64,000 bases of DNA from an uncultured Candidatus Bathyarchaeia archaeon (GCA_964535965.1 CAZHWZ010000005.1:37-64036), one strand, 5' to 3'; positions 45,957-55,974 are shown, numbered from the stretch's first letter. Program-made: numbers and translations. The notes: generated from the sequence alone by a model not told the origin.

Positions 45957-46040
45957 CTACGTCATGAATCTTTCAACAACTTCATATAGAACGCTTGTTC
46001 CGAACACTAGGTTTTCTTATTGATATGCGCTCGTCTATGC
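45957..46040 (-). pseudogene. relic of the C-terminal end of an M20 peptidase gene
   Basis: Nucleotide similarity to 49430..49512. Translation is degraded (..IDERISIRKPSVRNKRSI*) compared with the intact ..IDERISIDNLVFGISILYEVVERFMT*. Confidence 0.7.
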
Positions 46041-46210
46041 TGTAGACCGTTCTCAGCATTGTCCCTAAGGCGTGCGAAATAACACGATGATGAGAAGTTG
46101 TAAGAGTTCCTTGAAACGAAAGATTAAGCCTAGCGAAAACTTTAGGAATGAGATTTTGTCTTCACAAAACGCTCGAGATGATAATTGTCATTGCCTATGA
46201 TTTGTTTGAA

Positions 46211-46267
46211 AAGAAAAAATGGGGGAATGTACGTGTTTTCTTTACGGGTCCATTTCGCCGTAGTGTA
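46211..46267. repeat. repeat copy B of the shared 3' end and flank
   Basis: See 41187..41244. Confidence 0.85.
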
Positions 46268-49178
46268 TGGACCTTAAGTACAGGTCTTCTATATCGAGTA
46301 TGCCATCGACACCGCCGATTATGCCATTGCAGTTTACGTCTAGGTTAGGGTTGTGGGGACATGTTTCGCATGGGATTGGATGCCAGTACTGGCAATACCT
46401 TGGATCCATTTTGTTTGTGATGTGGACTGAACCATAGGCCAATCCGACAAGATATATGTCTTCTATGTCTATTATGCCGTCATCGTTTGCGTCCAAGACG
46501 ACGAAAGATTCTTTCCCACCTGGTTTTGGCCATCCAAACTTAAGAGCAATATCATAAATGTCCTCCAAGCCAACGAAGTAGTCACCGGTGATGTCAGCGA
46601 TAGAGTTCCATTTTGGGTGGCCTGGATAGGAAGAAAATGCCGTTACTGCAATTATTATATCAATCGGCTTGACTTTGCAATCAGGGGCATGTATCTGTCG
46701 AGGATCGTGCCATATGTCATAATAAGCACCAGCAATGTCTTCTCTAATGGTTATCCAAAAGTCGAAAGTGTAATTTATCCATTGACATACCCACGGGTTG
46801 GGCAGGATTGTCGTGCCGCCTTCTTTGGTGACTTCGACTGTTTCTGGGCCTATTATGTGGACGGCTACTTTAATCTGATGATGGCACGTAGGCGGATGTA
46901 ACCAGAAGTATTCTTCGTATGGCACACAATACGGCAAGTCTACTATTGTGTCAGCAAGTAGTTCTTCTGTCCCATCTGGATGTATGAGCCAGACGTATTT
47001 ATGCGCCGTTAGGAGACCTGTTGCAGGGGCGTCTGCACTGTTGGGTATCGGATTAACCCATTCATTATGCAATGTTACCTTTACCGAAAATTCAGTGCAA
47101 GGCGGAACTTTCTGTGCGAATTGGTATTCTGGCGGGTCTGAGATGTGCACATTCACGTGGATTGGGCACCACCGGAAGTATCCATAGGGTGAGTGGATAA
47201 GAACGCTGCCCGGCAGGTTTGTTTGTACTGTGCTGCATGGTTTGTTGGCCACTAATAGAATGTAACCAATTACGTCATCGTAGACGGCTAACCTCCATGG
47301 ACCGCAACCAACTAGATTTGGATCGGGAGCAAAACCTGTTGGGTCTCCAGTTTCAACTATGGGCTTCCAAATATGCTTCGGCAGTATCTTTAACTCGCCT
47401 ATCCAGTGTAAACCCCACATTGTTGCATTTACGTCAAAGAGAACTTCTATGTTGCATGGATCTCTAATGTCGCAACTCTTGACAAATTTTACCTTCTGAT
47501 GCCACCAAGGTGGCGGGAGGCCCCTTGCAGCCAGTATCCTTGGGAGCTCTTCGATTGTGAATTTCACGTCTGCGGCTGAGAACGGAGTGCCGTCTTGCCA
47601 TGTTACATCTGTACGCAGAGTTAACCTTACTTTTGTTTTCTCTACGCCGTCTTCTGGGTCAGTCCAAGTTCCAACCGTCCAATTTTTCGCTATCCATGGT
47701 GTTTCTTCCAGCGTGTATGGGTCTTCTTTGAGTAGGGTGTCGTAGATTTTGTTCAGGACTTCCCATTCCCAGTAGTCATGGGCGTAAATTGGGTTCAGTG
47801 ACCATAATGAGGGAGTAGAGAACCCGTATCGGATAGTCATGTGCTGGCAGTCTCCCATAAGGTGGCCTTCTGGATAGGCGTTGAGGAACGTCCACCAGCT
47901 GTTTATTCCCTTGGCGCCTCCGCAACTACACTTGGCCCAGTATCCGTTCACGAAGCCCTTCCAATCTTGACCATAATACTGCATTTCTTCTGGGGTGTGT
48001 CCAGAGTAGTATCTCTTCATGGCCTTGATCCCAACTCTGCATTCTATTGGTATCGATCCGATTTTGCACGGGGTTGCGTAAATCTGTTGGCACATGTGCG
48101 TTGCATTTACTGCGCCGGCAAGATCGGTTGCAAATTTGAGTTGTTCCGCCCAGTAGTCGTATTCTGTATCGTTGAAGAATATGTAGTTGGGGCATATGCC
48201 AGGATGCCAGTACATCTGGCTGTGCTTCATCTCATAGAGGTAGTCGGGATCTTTCCTAAGGTTTCGGTCTCCGGTAAACAGGTGAAAATCTTTGTTAACC
48301 ATCACTGTGTTGATACATGCCATGCGACTCATGAAAATTGCGTTAACACGTATATTGATAGGGTCGCTTTGAAGCTGCATCCAGATCCATTGACCGATAC
48401 GCTCCTTTTTAATATCATCACCGTTGATGATGAACTTGAGTTCGAACTCTTCACCGGATTGATAGTGTCCATCTTTCGGCTGTCCACTTCCCGGCTTACC
48501 GTCCCAGAACCTCCAAGGGTACCCTCCTGGGATGTATAAGAAGCCATCCTCTGTTAGCAATTTGTCTGCCTCTGTTGTGTTAAATGGATGTGACAAGTCT
48601 TCCCAAGGGTATATTCCACCGGGGTATATGCGAGGATGCTTGTATAGGCCCAAGCACGGCGGAACCTCCGTATATATGGGAATGCCAAGTCCTTCATCGA
48701 TAACTTCTATAATATATGTTCTGTTGATGAGATGCGCAATCGCATGCCGGAAGCTGGATATGCTGCATGGGTTAGGATAGACAGGGTTTGGGTAGAGTGG
48801 ATTAGGCGGGTTGCCTAGAAACGGGTTTGGGTTGTTGTTCATCTCAAGCACTATCTCGTCAAAGTCGCAACCATAATCAACCAACTTGATGGATTCGTTG
48901 TAAGGAGGCATACTCCATTTATCAACGTATTGCTTTGTTAATGGCCAATCCATAACGTCTATTTCGCAATTTTCCATACCCATACATTCAGCATCTAGCC
49001 TAGAGTACATATAGATCATTAGTCTGTCACACCTTGGGCCAAACTTTTCATACCTTGTATCCTCTGTACAATCGGGATAAACCCAAGAACTCACGGGAAT
49101 AGCATAGAAAACGCTAAGTATCAATAAAGCCATAGAGCCAAATGCTATAATGCCTTTTTTGCTATACATTTTCCTCAA
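46242..49178 (-). CDS. secreted solute-binding-protein family 5-like (DppA/OppA fold) protein with C-terminal dockerin repeats
   Basis: N-terminal signal/TM GIIAFGSMALLILSVFYAI. SBP_5-like VRLTLRTDVTWQDGTPFSAADVKFTIEE and FRHAIAHLINRTYIIEVI. Dockerin loops DANDDGIIDIEDI and GILDIEDLY. The C-terminus ..HYGEMDP is identical to the neighbouring gene. The start may be the ATG at 49169. Confidence 0.55.
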   Translation of the reverse strand: MRKMYSKKGIIAFGSMALLILSVFYAIPVSSWVYPDCTEDTRYEKFGPRCDRLMIYMYSRLDAECMGMENCEIDVMDWPLTKQYVDKWSMPPYNESIKLVDYGCDFDEIVLEMNNNPNPFLGNPPNPLYPNPVYPNPCSISSFRHAIAHLINRTYIIEVIDEGLGIPIYTEVPPCLGLYKHPRIYPGGIYPWEDLSHPFNTTEADKLLTEDGFLYIPGGYPWRFWDGKPGSGQPKDGHYQSGEEFELKFIINGDDIKKERIGQWIWMQLQSDPINIRVNAIFMSRMACINTVMVNKDFHLFTGDRNLRKDPDYLYEMKHSQMYWHPGICPNYIFFNDTEYDYWAEQLKFATDLAGAVNATHMCQQIYATPCKIGSIPIECRVGIKAMKRYYSGHTPEEMQYYGQDWKGFVNGYWAKCSCGGAKGINSWWTFLNAYPEGHLMGDCQHMTIRYGFSTPSLWSLNPIYAHDYWEWEVLNKIYDTLLKEDPYTLEETPWIAKNWTVGTWTDPEDGVEKTKVRLTLRTDVTWQDGTPFSAADVKFTIEELPRILAARGLPPPWWHQKVKFVKSCDIRDPCNIEVLFDVNATMWGLHWIGELKILPKHIWKPIVETGDPTGFAPDPNLVGCGPWRLAVYDDVIGYILLVANKPCSTVQTNLPGSVLIHSPYGYFRWCPIHVNVHISDPPEYQFAQKVPPCTEFSVKVTLHNEWVNPIPNSADAPATGLLTAHKYVWLIHPDGTEELLADTIVDLPYCVPYEEYFWLHPPTCHHQIKVAVHIIGPETVEVTKEGGTTILPNPWVCQWINYTFDFWITIREDIAGAYYDIWHDPRQIHAPDCKVKPIDIIIAVTAFSSYPGHPKWNSIADITGDYFVGLEDIYDIALKFGWPKPGGKESFVVLDANDDGIIDIEDIYLVGLAYGSVHITNKMDPRYCQYWHPIPCETCPHNPNLDVNCNGIIGGVDGILDIEDLYLRSIHYGEMDP

Positions 49179-49233
49179 TCCTTTCTCCTATTTTGCTTTG
49201 GGAAGAGGCGTTAAGACTTTAGAGAATTCATCT

Positions 49234-49512
49234 TCATCGGCTTCTCAGATGCTCTCAGCAGAAGCCATTTAGGTTACAATGAAACAAGCCTCTCCCTTGC
49301 TAAAACATCCAAATAGTTCTATTTAAAATTTCTGAAACTTTGTTTCAGTCGCAACAAGCCTTCACATCTTCAATATTTCACATACTTTTACTCCAAATGC
49401 ACAGGCTCGGAGAAGGCAAAAGTTCCGCTCTAAGTCATGAATCTTTCAACAACTTCATATAGAATGCTGATTCCGAACACCAAGTTATCAATGGATATGC
49501 GCTCGTCTATGC
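49234..49512. repeat. repeat copy B of the promoter/leader segment (its 3' part is the genuine M20 gene end)
   Basis: See 45761..46040. Confidence 0.85.
49319..49328 (-). promoter_or_regulatory. candidate TATA box for the SBP-dockerin gene
   Basis: Identical to 45846..45855, within the duplicated segment. Confidence 0.4.
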
Positions 49513-50800
49513 CGTGAATAGTTTTCAAAATTTCGCCGTAGGGCATGTCCGCACGCACTGGCTGAAAACCGTAGCACGTGCTGCCTATTTTTCTGAAGAA
49601 GCGAGAGTCGGTTCCTCCAGTAAGCAGTATTGGCGCCACAGCGCAGTTGGGTTCAAACTCTTTCAAAACCGTGACAATGTGCTCATAAAGCGGCGTGTTT
49701 GCTGGAGATTCAGACGGCTCATTGGCTTGAACCATCTCAAAATCTAACTTTTCCAAGTTAACATCCTTTAGCAAGGCTTTAACTTCATCCATGGCTTGCG
49801 CCGGAGTTTGTCCAGGCAGGACTCTGCAGTCGAAAACGGCTTCGCATTCTGATGGAATTATATTTTCCTTTACACCCCCATGAATTATCGTAGGCGTAAT
49901 GGTCATTCTGAGCATTGCCCGAAATTCCTCAGCCATGGCCCTGTCTTTCTGGGCTAACATGTCTAATATTTGGTCGCCCATTGCCGGATTTTGAAGCAAC
50001 ATCGACAAGGCTTGTTTTATAGTTTCGTTTCCCTTTGCAACTTCGCTAAACAACTGTTTTACAGTCGGCACAAGCAAAATTTTCGAACGGTAATTTCCGA
50101 GTTTTTCAACAACCTTGTTCATGCGCAGTATGGCGTTGTCTGCTAAGCCAGGCACGGACCCATGTCCAGGCGTGCCTTTCGCTTTAACTTTAAACCATAG
50201 AATTCCTTTCTCTGTAGTCTGAATTGTGAAAATGTTTTTCCCGTTAACCGGAATTGCTAAGCCTCCGCCCTCGTTTATCACGTAGTCTGCTTGGATTTTT
50301 TCTGGATAATTGCGAACAAGGTAGCCTGCTCCTGCTTCTCCACCCTTCTCTTCGTCGGCTGTCGCAGCCAATATTACGTCGCCTTTAAGCTTTACATTGT
50401 TTCTTTTCAGAAGTTTCATAACCATAACTTCCATAGCAGTCATCGACTTCATGTCTAATGCGCCTCTTCCCCAAACAAAACCATCCTTAATTATGCCTTT
50501 GAAAGGATCTACGCCCCACTCTCCAGGGTTTGCAGCAACAACATCTAAATGGGATAGTAAAAGCATACTTGACTTTTCACCCGTTCCTTTAAGGCGTGTG
50601 ATGACACTGCCTCTTCCATGTGCGGACTCGAAAAGTTCGCATCTAAAGCCTTCTTTTTCCAAAATTTTAGCCAAGTATTTTGCTGCTTCTGTTTCGTTTC
50701 CGGGCGGGTTGGTTGTATTTATGCATATTAAATCTTTTAGAAGAGTTGTAATCTCTTCTTGGATTTCTTTTAATAATTGGGCACACATTCCATAGCTCAC
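49430..50800 (-). CDS. M20-family metallopeptidase (ArgE/DapE/CPG2-like)
   Basis: LLLSHLDVV, ADEEKGG and the dimerisation-domain layout fit the family. 456 aa. Confidence 0.8.
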   Translation of the reverse strand: MSYGMCAQLLKEIQEEITTLLKDLICINTTNPPGNETEAAKYLAKILEKEGFRCELFESAHGRGSVITRLKGTGEKSSMLLLSHLDVVAANPGEWGVDPFKGIIKDGFVWGRGALDMKSMTAMEVMVMKLLKRNNVKLKGDVILAATADEEKGGEAGAGYLVRNYPEKIQADYVINEGGGLAIPVNGKNIFTIQTTEKGILWFKVKAKGTPGHGSVPGLADNAILRMNKVVEKLGNYRSKILLVPTVKQLFSEVAKGNETIKQALSMLLQNPAMGDQILDMLAQKDRAMAEEFRAMLRMTITPTIIHGGVKENIIPSECEAVFDCRVLPGQTPAQAMDEVKALLKDVNLEKLDFEMVQANEPSESPANTPLYEHIVTVLKEFEPNCAVAPILLTGGTDSRFFRKIGSTCYGFQPVRADMPYGEILKTIHGIDERISIDNLVFGISILYEVVERFMT

Positions 50801-50847
50801 CTATTGCCTAACTGTATAATGTTCAATTCAATTAAGATTTTGTTCCC

Positions 50848-51195
50848 CTAGCATGTGAGGTGAAAAGCCCCGGCAACCCGCTTATTAGACTTTAAAAGTT
50901 TGTTAAAGGTTTGACATGCTTCTCTCGTCGGTTGAGCCATCAACCCTATTCCGTGGGATTTAAAAGCGTTTTCCACTTCAGGCGAAACCTTTACAAGTCC
51001 ATAGCAGCCCGTGCCTACAACGAGCACCTCAGGCTTTGGTTCATGCGTTAGGATTTCCACTAAATCTTCGACGTAAAGCCTATGGCCTTCCTTCCTCCAC
51101 CAGTCATCAATAACCCTTTCTGGAAAAACTATTACGTCACTCGTGTATCTTTTACCCTTTATGACTATAACACCAAACTCGTAGGAGCCAATCAC
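50848..51195 (-). CDS. Mth938-like (DUF498) domain protein
   Basis: 115 aa. GVIVIKGKRYTSDVIVFPERV...VLVVGTGCYG is typical of the family. Confidence 0.65.
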   Translation of the reverse strand: MIGSYEFGVIVIKGKRYTSDVIVFPERVIDDWWRKEGHRLYVEDLVEILTHEPKPEVLVVGTGCYGLVKVSPEVENAFKSHGIGLMAQPTREACQTFNKLLKSNKRVAGAFHLTC

Positions 51196-51319
51196 TTAGG
51201 AGACACCAAACTTTTTATACGCTTTTCAAAGATTTAAAACTCATCAATTTGCAGAACGTTCAAAACCTTTACTTATCACTCATATAAAATCTCAGATTTG
51301 ATAAGAGAGCGTGTAAAAG

Positions 51320-51901
51320 GTGAAGATGCTTTCAAGAGGATTCTACGAAAGAGACCCGGCGCTTGTTGCAAAAGATTTGCTTGGAAAAACCTTAGTGAGG
51401 AGGCTGGATTCTGAAATTTTATCTGGGAGAATCGTTGAAACTGAGGCTTATTATGGGGAAAAAGACCCAGCCTCCAAAGCCTATAAAGGGAGGAAAATGT
51501 TTAACGAGCTGATGTTCATGAATGTTGGAAAGACTTTCATTTATATGGTTCATGGAAACTGGCTTCTAAACATAGTTGCCCATTTGAAAGGTGGTGTTGG
51601 AGCCGTTTTGATAAGGTCTGTAGAACCCCTTCGAGGGATAGAGATCATGCGGAGGAACAGGAATGTGAAGGACACGCGTGGTTTGGCAAGTGGTCCCGGG
51701 AAGTTGACGAGAGCACTACTCATAACGAAGGAGTTAAATGGAGTTGACGTCACGAAAAGGAGCAGTCAGTTAGTGGTGGTTGAGGGGAAAAGAGAAAGCA
51801 TCCAGATTTGTTCCTCTCATAGAATCGGTGTGAAGACGGATTTACCGCAGAAACTGAGGTTTTTTGTTAAGGGAAACAAGTTTGTCCCAAAACTTTCCTA
51901 G
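51320..51901 (+). CDS. mpg: DNA-3-methyladenine glycosylase (MPG/AAG family)
   Basis: FYERDPALVAKDLLGKTLVRR...GRIVETEAYYGEKDPAS...FIYMVHGNWLLNIV...AVLIRSVEP. Confidence 0.85.
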   Translation: MKMLSRGFYERDPALVAKDLLGKTLVRRLDSEILSGRIVETEAYYGEKDPASKAYKGRKMFNELMFMNVGKTFIYMVHGNWLLNIVAHLKGGVGAVLIRSVEPLRGIEIMRRNRNVKDTRGLASGPGKLTRALLITKELNGVDVTKRSSQLVVVEGKRESIQICSSHRIGVKTDLPQKLRFFVKGNKFVPKLS

Positions 51902-51938
51902 CAAATTTTATCCACAGAAACATCCTTTTTACATTAAT

Positions 51939-52454
51939 ATGGAAGTTGTTCTGACCTCTCACCGTTACGGAGAAAGGGAGCTGTTAGAGCAGTTAACGGA
52001 GCTTGGAGACTTCTACCGGACGGAATTCAGGGATGTTATCAGAGGCAAAGTTGAAAACCTTGAGGCTTTTCTACAGGAGGTTAAAAAAAGAAACATCTTC
52101 GCTCTATCTAGGGTTGTTCCCATCGAAAAATCCCTCATCTTCTCCCCTAAAAGGGTTGCTGAGGAATTTTGCGAGGCCGTGAAGCCTCTCCTCAAGAAAA
52201 TTCGGAAAGGCGAGTCTTTCTGTGTCATAATTGAAAGACGTGGCCTTAAGGGAGCTTTTTCCTCGCAAGAAGTCGCCAAGGATGTTGGAACCTTCATCTC
52301 CAAGGCTTTAGAGGAAAGAGACGGAGAAAAGCCAAAAGTTAACCTCAGAGACCCGGATAAGGCTATTGTTTTTGAAACTCTTGGAAAGTGGTGCGGGGTT
52401 GGAATAATCTCAAAGGAGATGAGGGAGAGATACCTTTATCTGAAGCTTTCGTAA
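51939..52454 (+). CDS. THUMP-domain protein
   Basis: Start at MEVVLTSHRYGERE. FCVIIERRGLKGAFSSQEVAKDVG is THUMP-like. The upstream part of the listed ORF overlaps mpg. Confidence 0.6.
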   Translation: MEVVLTSHRYGERELLEQLTELGDFYRTEFRDVIRGKVENLEAFLQEVKKRNIFALSRVVPIEKSLIFSPKRVAEEFCEAVKPLLKKIRKGESFCVIIERRGLKGAFSSQEVAKDVGTFISKALEERDGEKPKVNLRDPDKAIVFETLGKWCGVGIISKEMRERYLYLKLS

Positions 52455-52552
52455 AGACTTTACGCTGGCTTTGGCACCTCATTTCAAGACGCCTATTTGC
52501 TATTAAAATTCTTATTCTAGGAAGCCCTAAAAGATGTTATAGAGGACTTTAA

Positions 52553-53098
52553 ATGGCCATTCAGCAACCTCAAGTCCTTTCCCAATTGCGCGAATATTAC
52601 CATACAAAAACCGTTGGCTTAATATCAGATACACATATACCTGTAAGGACTAGAAACATTCCGAAAAGAGTTTTCGAGGTCTTCGAAAAGGTGGATTACA
52701 TAGTGCATGCAGGTGATCTAGTGCAACTATCCGTTATTGATGAGTTGGAGCAGCTTGCACCTGTTTTGGCTGTTTACGGGAACATGGACGGACCAGAAAT
52801 TCGTGGAAAACTGCCCAAGATGAACTCTGTCAAGGTTTTTGATTGGAAAATCGGGGTTATGCATGACCCTGGAACACTTTTCGGAATGGGAAAAATGCGT
52901 GAAATCGCCAAGCAGAACAGCTTTAACGTGCTTGTTTATGGACATACCCATAATTCCAATGTAAAGTGGGAAGGAACCACCTTATTCATAAACCCGGGAA
53001 GTCCAACAAATCCTTTACCGCCTTTCATAACTAAACCGTCGGTTGCCTTACTTAGAGTAACGAAGGAAAAAATAATGCCTGAAATAATCCAAATTTAG
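52553..53098 (+). CDS. YfcE/MJ0936-family metallophosphoesterase
   Basis: GLISDTHIP, HAGDL, GNMD and GHTH motifs in order. Confidence 0.85.
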   Translation: MAIQQPQVLSQLREYYHTKTVGLISDTHIPVRTRNIPKRVFEVFEKVDYIVHAGDLVQLSVIDELEQLAPVLAVYGNMDGPEIRGKLPKMNSVKVFDWKIGVMHDPGTLFGMGKMREIAKQNSFNVLVYGHTHNSNVKWEGTTLFINPGSPTNPLPPFITKPSVALLRVTKEKIMPEIIQI

Positions 53099-53110
53099 GT
53101 AGGTTGCTAA

Positions 53111-53578
53111 ATGGGCAAGGAAATCCCTGGAAAGTTTAGGTTGGATGCACCCACCATTTTGATGCCTTATGGAAGGGAAATTGACGCTGAAGTCTATGTT
53201 CATTTGAAAGGTTATGCGAGGGCTAGGGTCAGCCACATAGACATAGAGAAAATAGGTCTCGGAAAAGTTATTCGCAGAGGAAGGGGCAATTTCCTCGAAG
53301 TGAGGGGTGTTGGAAACGGATTAGAGGTTGTTTTAAGAGAAAATCGCCAAATAACATTGGATGGGGATGAGTTTACAGTTTCAAGCATCCTTGTAGTTAA
53401 TCCATTGTTAAATAGCGTTATTAAAAGGGGAGACTCAACGAGGGCGTGGGTTGGCAGAAAGTACGATGGTCTTTACATAGGTTTTAGAAAAGCAGAACTT
53501 GATAGACTCGAGAAGCTAGCTTCCGAAAAATTTGGAATGAAACCGTTGAAGAAGTTGGAGCCTCAACCACAGACATGA
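53111..53578 (+). CDS. hypothetical protein
   Basis: 155-aa ORF with no recognisable motif. Tightly spaced after the phosphoesterase gene. Confidence 0.4.
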   Translation: MGKEIPGKFRLDAPTILMPYGREIDAEVYVHLKGYARARVSHIDIEKIGLGKVIRRGRGNFLEVRGVGNGLEVVLRENRQITLDGDEFTVSSILVVNPLLNSVIKRGDSTRAWVGRKYDGLYIGFRKAELDRLEKLASEKFGMKPLKKLEPQPQT

Positions 53579-53709
53579 AATTTAGCGTTACTATGCTTTC
53601 ACTTTAACTCATCTCTCTCTACAGTGCGGGAAAGTCGTTTCGGGGAGAATTTTAAAAGCAAAATGTGTAGAGCGTTTTGATTGCAGTTTATTACTGGAGG
53701 TTCGCGTTA

Positions 53710-53847
53710 ATGGAGCGTTGTAAAAATCCGTGGGATAGTAAATGCAAAAGTGACGATATCGGGGTTTACATCCTTTTCAAAGGGGAAAAATTGCCCATTT
53801 GTAGGCGATGTTGGAGCAAAATAGCCGACAAGGATTTGGAGTGGTGA
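53710..53847 (+). CDS. 45-aa Cys4 (zinc-ribbon-like) micro-protein, not in the ORF track
   Basis: Own translation: MERCKNPWDSKCKSDDIGVYILFKGEKLPICRRCWSKIADKDLEW. Has C-x7-C...C-x2-C. Ends 3 nt before the next ORF. Confidence 0.4.
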   Translation: MERCKNPWDSKCKSDDIGVYILFKGEKLPICRRCWSKIADKDLEW

Positions 53848-53850
53848 AAA

Positions 53851-54087
53851 GTGGAAAGGTTCAGCTTAAACACGGCTAAGTCCTTCCTCGGGAAGAACGT
53901 GAATCTCCACCTCAAAGATGGCTCAGTGATAATAAATGTTAAACTATCTGAAATTCAAAAAGACACTTTTGGAAAGGGAAGCCTCATTGAATGCGTTCCG
54001 TATGGAAATCGAAACACGTTAAGGATACCACTGAAAAGCATTGCATGGGCAGAACTACTAAACCTAAACTTGATTCAGGCGAGCTGA
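53851..54087 (+). CDS. small beta-rich protein, possibly Sm-like fold
   Basis: 78 aa. FLGKNVNLHLKDGSVIINVKLSEI resembles an Sm1-type segment. GTG start. Confidence 0.35.
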   Translation: MERFSLNTAKSFLGKNVNLHLKDGSVIINVKLSEIQKDTFGKGSLIECVPYGNRNTLRIPLKSIAWAELLNLNLIQAS

Positions 54088-54157
54088 TAAAAGTTTAGAC
54101 ATAAACATGTCAAATAATCTTAAATAATCTTCAGCAAATTTTATCATTGGTGATAAA

Positions 54158-55156
54158 ATGCCATGCACAGTCATAGCCGGAGCCTTCTGGGGAGACGAAG
54201 GCAAAGGAAAAATAATTTCCTATCTAGCCCTAAAAGACAAACTAGACTTCTGTGTGAGGACAGGCTCTGTTAACGCCGCCCACACAGTTTGGCTTGAAGG
54301 CAAACGCTATGCATTACACATGGTTCCAGCAGCCTTCGTATATGAAAAGTGTCGCTTACTAATTGGTGCTGGCGCAAATCTTCATGTTGCAAAGTTTCTC
54401 GAGGAGGTTGAAGCAACAAAAGTTAAAAACCGCATAGGAGTAGACCGTCAGGCTTCCATAATCGAAGAGAAACACTCAATACAGGACAAGACAAGCGCAC
54501 ATTTGAAAGGTTTAGGTACGACTGGATGGGGAGTAGGCCCAGCGATAGAAGAGCGCGTGCGCAGAACAGCAAAACTCGCTAAGGATATTCCTGAACTCCA
54601 GCCATATCTAACAGACGCAGCAGCAGAAATCAATAACGCAATAGACGCTGGCAAAAAAGTGCTATTAGAAGGAACCCAAGGCTTGATGCTCTCACTTTTC
54701 CACGGAACATACCCATACGTAACAGGCAGAGACACAAGCGCCTCAGCAATATGCGCCGAAGCAGGAGTAGGCCCAACAAGAATCGACGATGTCATAATAG
54801 TGTTTAAATCCTTCATGACACGCGTAGGTGCGGGACCACTACCTGAAGAAATAACAAAGGAAGAAGCTTTAAAACGGGGATGGTTTGAAACAGCAGCTGG
54901 AACTGGTCGCGAAAGACGTTCCGCTCCATTCAACTTTGAACTAGCCAAAAGAGCCGTAAAAGTTAACAGCGCAACACAGGCAGCGGTAACAAAACTTGAC
55001 AGCATGTTCCCACAATGCCAAGGCGCCAAAACCTATGACGAACTTCCAAACGAAGCAAAACAATTCATAAATGAAATTGAAAAACAAATAAGAATCCCTG
55101 TTCTGTTGATAGGCACAGGACCCGAAGCCCTACATATAATCGACAGAAGAAAATAG
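54158..55156 (+). CDS. purA: adenylosuccinate synthetase (short archaeal type)
   Basis: GAFWGDEGKGKI P-loop, GTTGWGVGPA and EGTQG. Confidence 0.9.
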   Translation: MPCTVIAGAFWGDEGKGKIISYLALKDKLDFCVRTGSVNAAHTVWLEGKRYALHMVPAAFVYEKCRLLIGAGANLHVAKFLEEVEATKVKNRIGVDRQASIIEEKHSIQDKTSAHLKGLGTTGWGVGPAIEERVRRTAKLAKDIPELQPYLTDAAAEINNAIDAGKKVLLEGTQGLMLSLFHGTYPYVTGRDTSASAICAEAGVGPTRIDDVIIVFKSFMTRVGAGPLPEEITKEEALKRGWFETAAGTGRERRSAPFNFELAKRAVKVNSATQAAVTKLDSMFPQCQGAKTYDELPNEAKQFINEIEKQIRIPVLLIGTGPEALHIIDRRK

Positions 55157-55299
55157 CTCCAATCATATACCAGACAAGCCTCTTGAAGAAGTGGAAAAGG
55201 CTGCAGAAAAATCATAAAATTCCAAAAGCAGCCAATATTTTTGTTTTACTCACTAGTTTTTTAAGGATAAAACACTGATTATGCGAATGCCAAGTTAAA

Positions 55300-55974
55300 A
55301 TGGAATGTGAAATGTTGGGTAAGACTGTTAGAAAGGTATACTACTTCGATGAGCCGGGCAAACAATGCCCAGAAGAAGTAATTGAAGTTGTTAAAGATGC
55401 AATTGAAAAAACAAAAATAGACTGCTTAATAGTTGCAAGCACATCCGGTGAAACTGCACTAAAATTCGCCAAGGCGTTAAGGAACAAAAAGATTAAGATA
55501 ATATGCGTTTCTGAACCTCCTTCAAGGCAGATATGGGACGGCAAATGGCCATGCATCAACCACAAAACGAGAGAAGAGTTGGAAAAACGTGGTGTGATTA
55601 TAGTTGACCGTGTTCCATACAAATTTCACGACTCAGTGCTGGAAATGGCGAAGTGGTACACGCCAATACCTGAACACATAGTTGGCGATACACTTGCATT
55701 TGTCGGAGGACAGGGGTTAAAGGTTGCTGTAGAGGTCATGTTCATGGCGGTGCAAGGAGGCTGTGTTGAGCCAAACAGAGAAGTCATCTCCGTAGGTGGA
55801 TATGGAGGCGGAGCCGATACTGCTGTAATTGTGAAAACTTGCTTCCCAGAAAATCTGTTCTCCTCAGATGTTGAAAGAAGACTAGAGATTAGGGAAATTA
55901 TTGCCATGCCAAGGAAGAAGAAATACTGGAACTGGGATAGAAGAAACTGCCTTAAAAAATCTTCACAAGCCTAG
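55300..55974 (+). CDS. pyruvate kinase C-terminal (alpha/beta) domain-like protein
   Basis: KVYYFDEPGKQCPEEVIEVVKDAIEKTKIDCLIVASTSGETALKFAKAL resembles stand-alone archaeal PK_C-like proteins. From memory. Confidence 0.5.
   Translation: MECEMLGKTVRKVYYFDEPGKQCPEEVIEVVKDAIEKTKIDCLIVASTSGETALKFAKALRNKKIKIICVSEPPSRQIWDGKWPCINHKTREELEKRGVIIVDRVPYKFHDSVLEMAKWYTPIPEHIVGDTLAFVGGQGLKVAVEVMFMAVQGGCVEPNREVISVGGYGGGADTAVIVKTCFPENLFSSDVERRLEIREIIAMPRKKKYWNWDRRNCLKKSSQA

Larger units (their letters stand above)
45761..46040. repeat. repeat copy A: promoter/leader segment plus relic of the M20 peptidase 3' end
   Basis: Collinear with 49234..49512. The first 145 nt or so differ at only a few positions. 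The last 85 nt or so correspond to the 3' coding end of the gene at 49430..50800. Confidence 0.85.

Noticed and set aside
46080-46150. C/D-box sRNA candidate (gATGATGAg at about 46086)
   Set aside because: No CUGA D box at a suitable distance downstream and no terminal stem.
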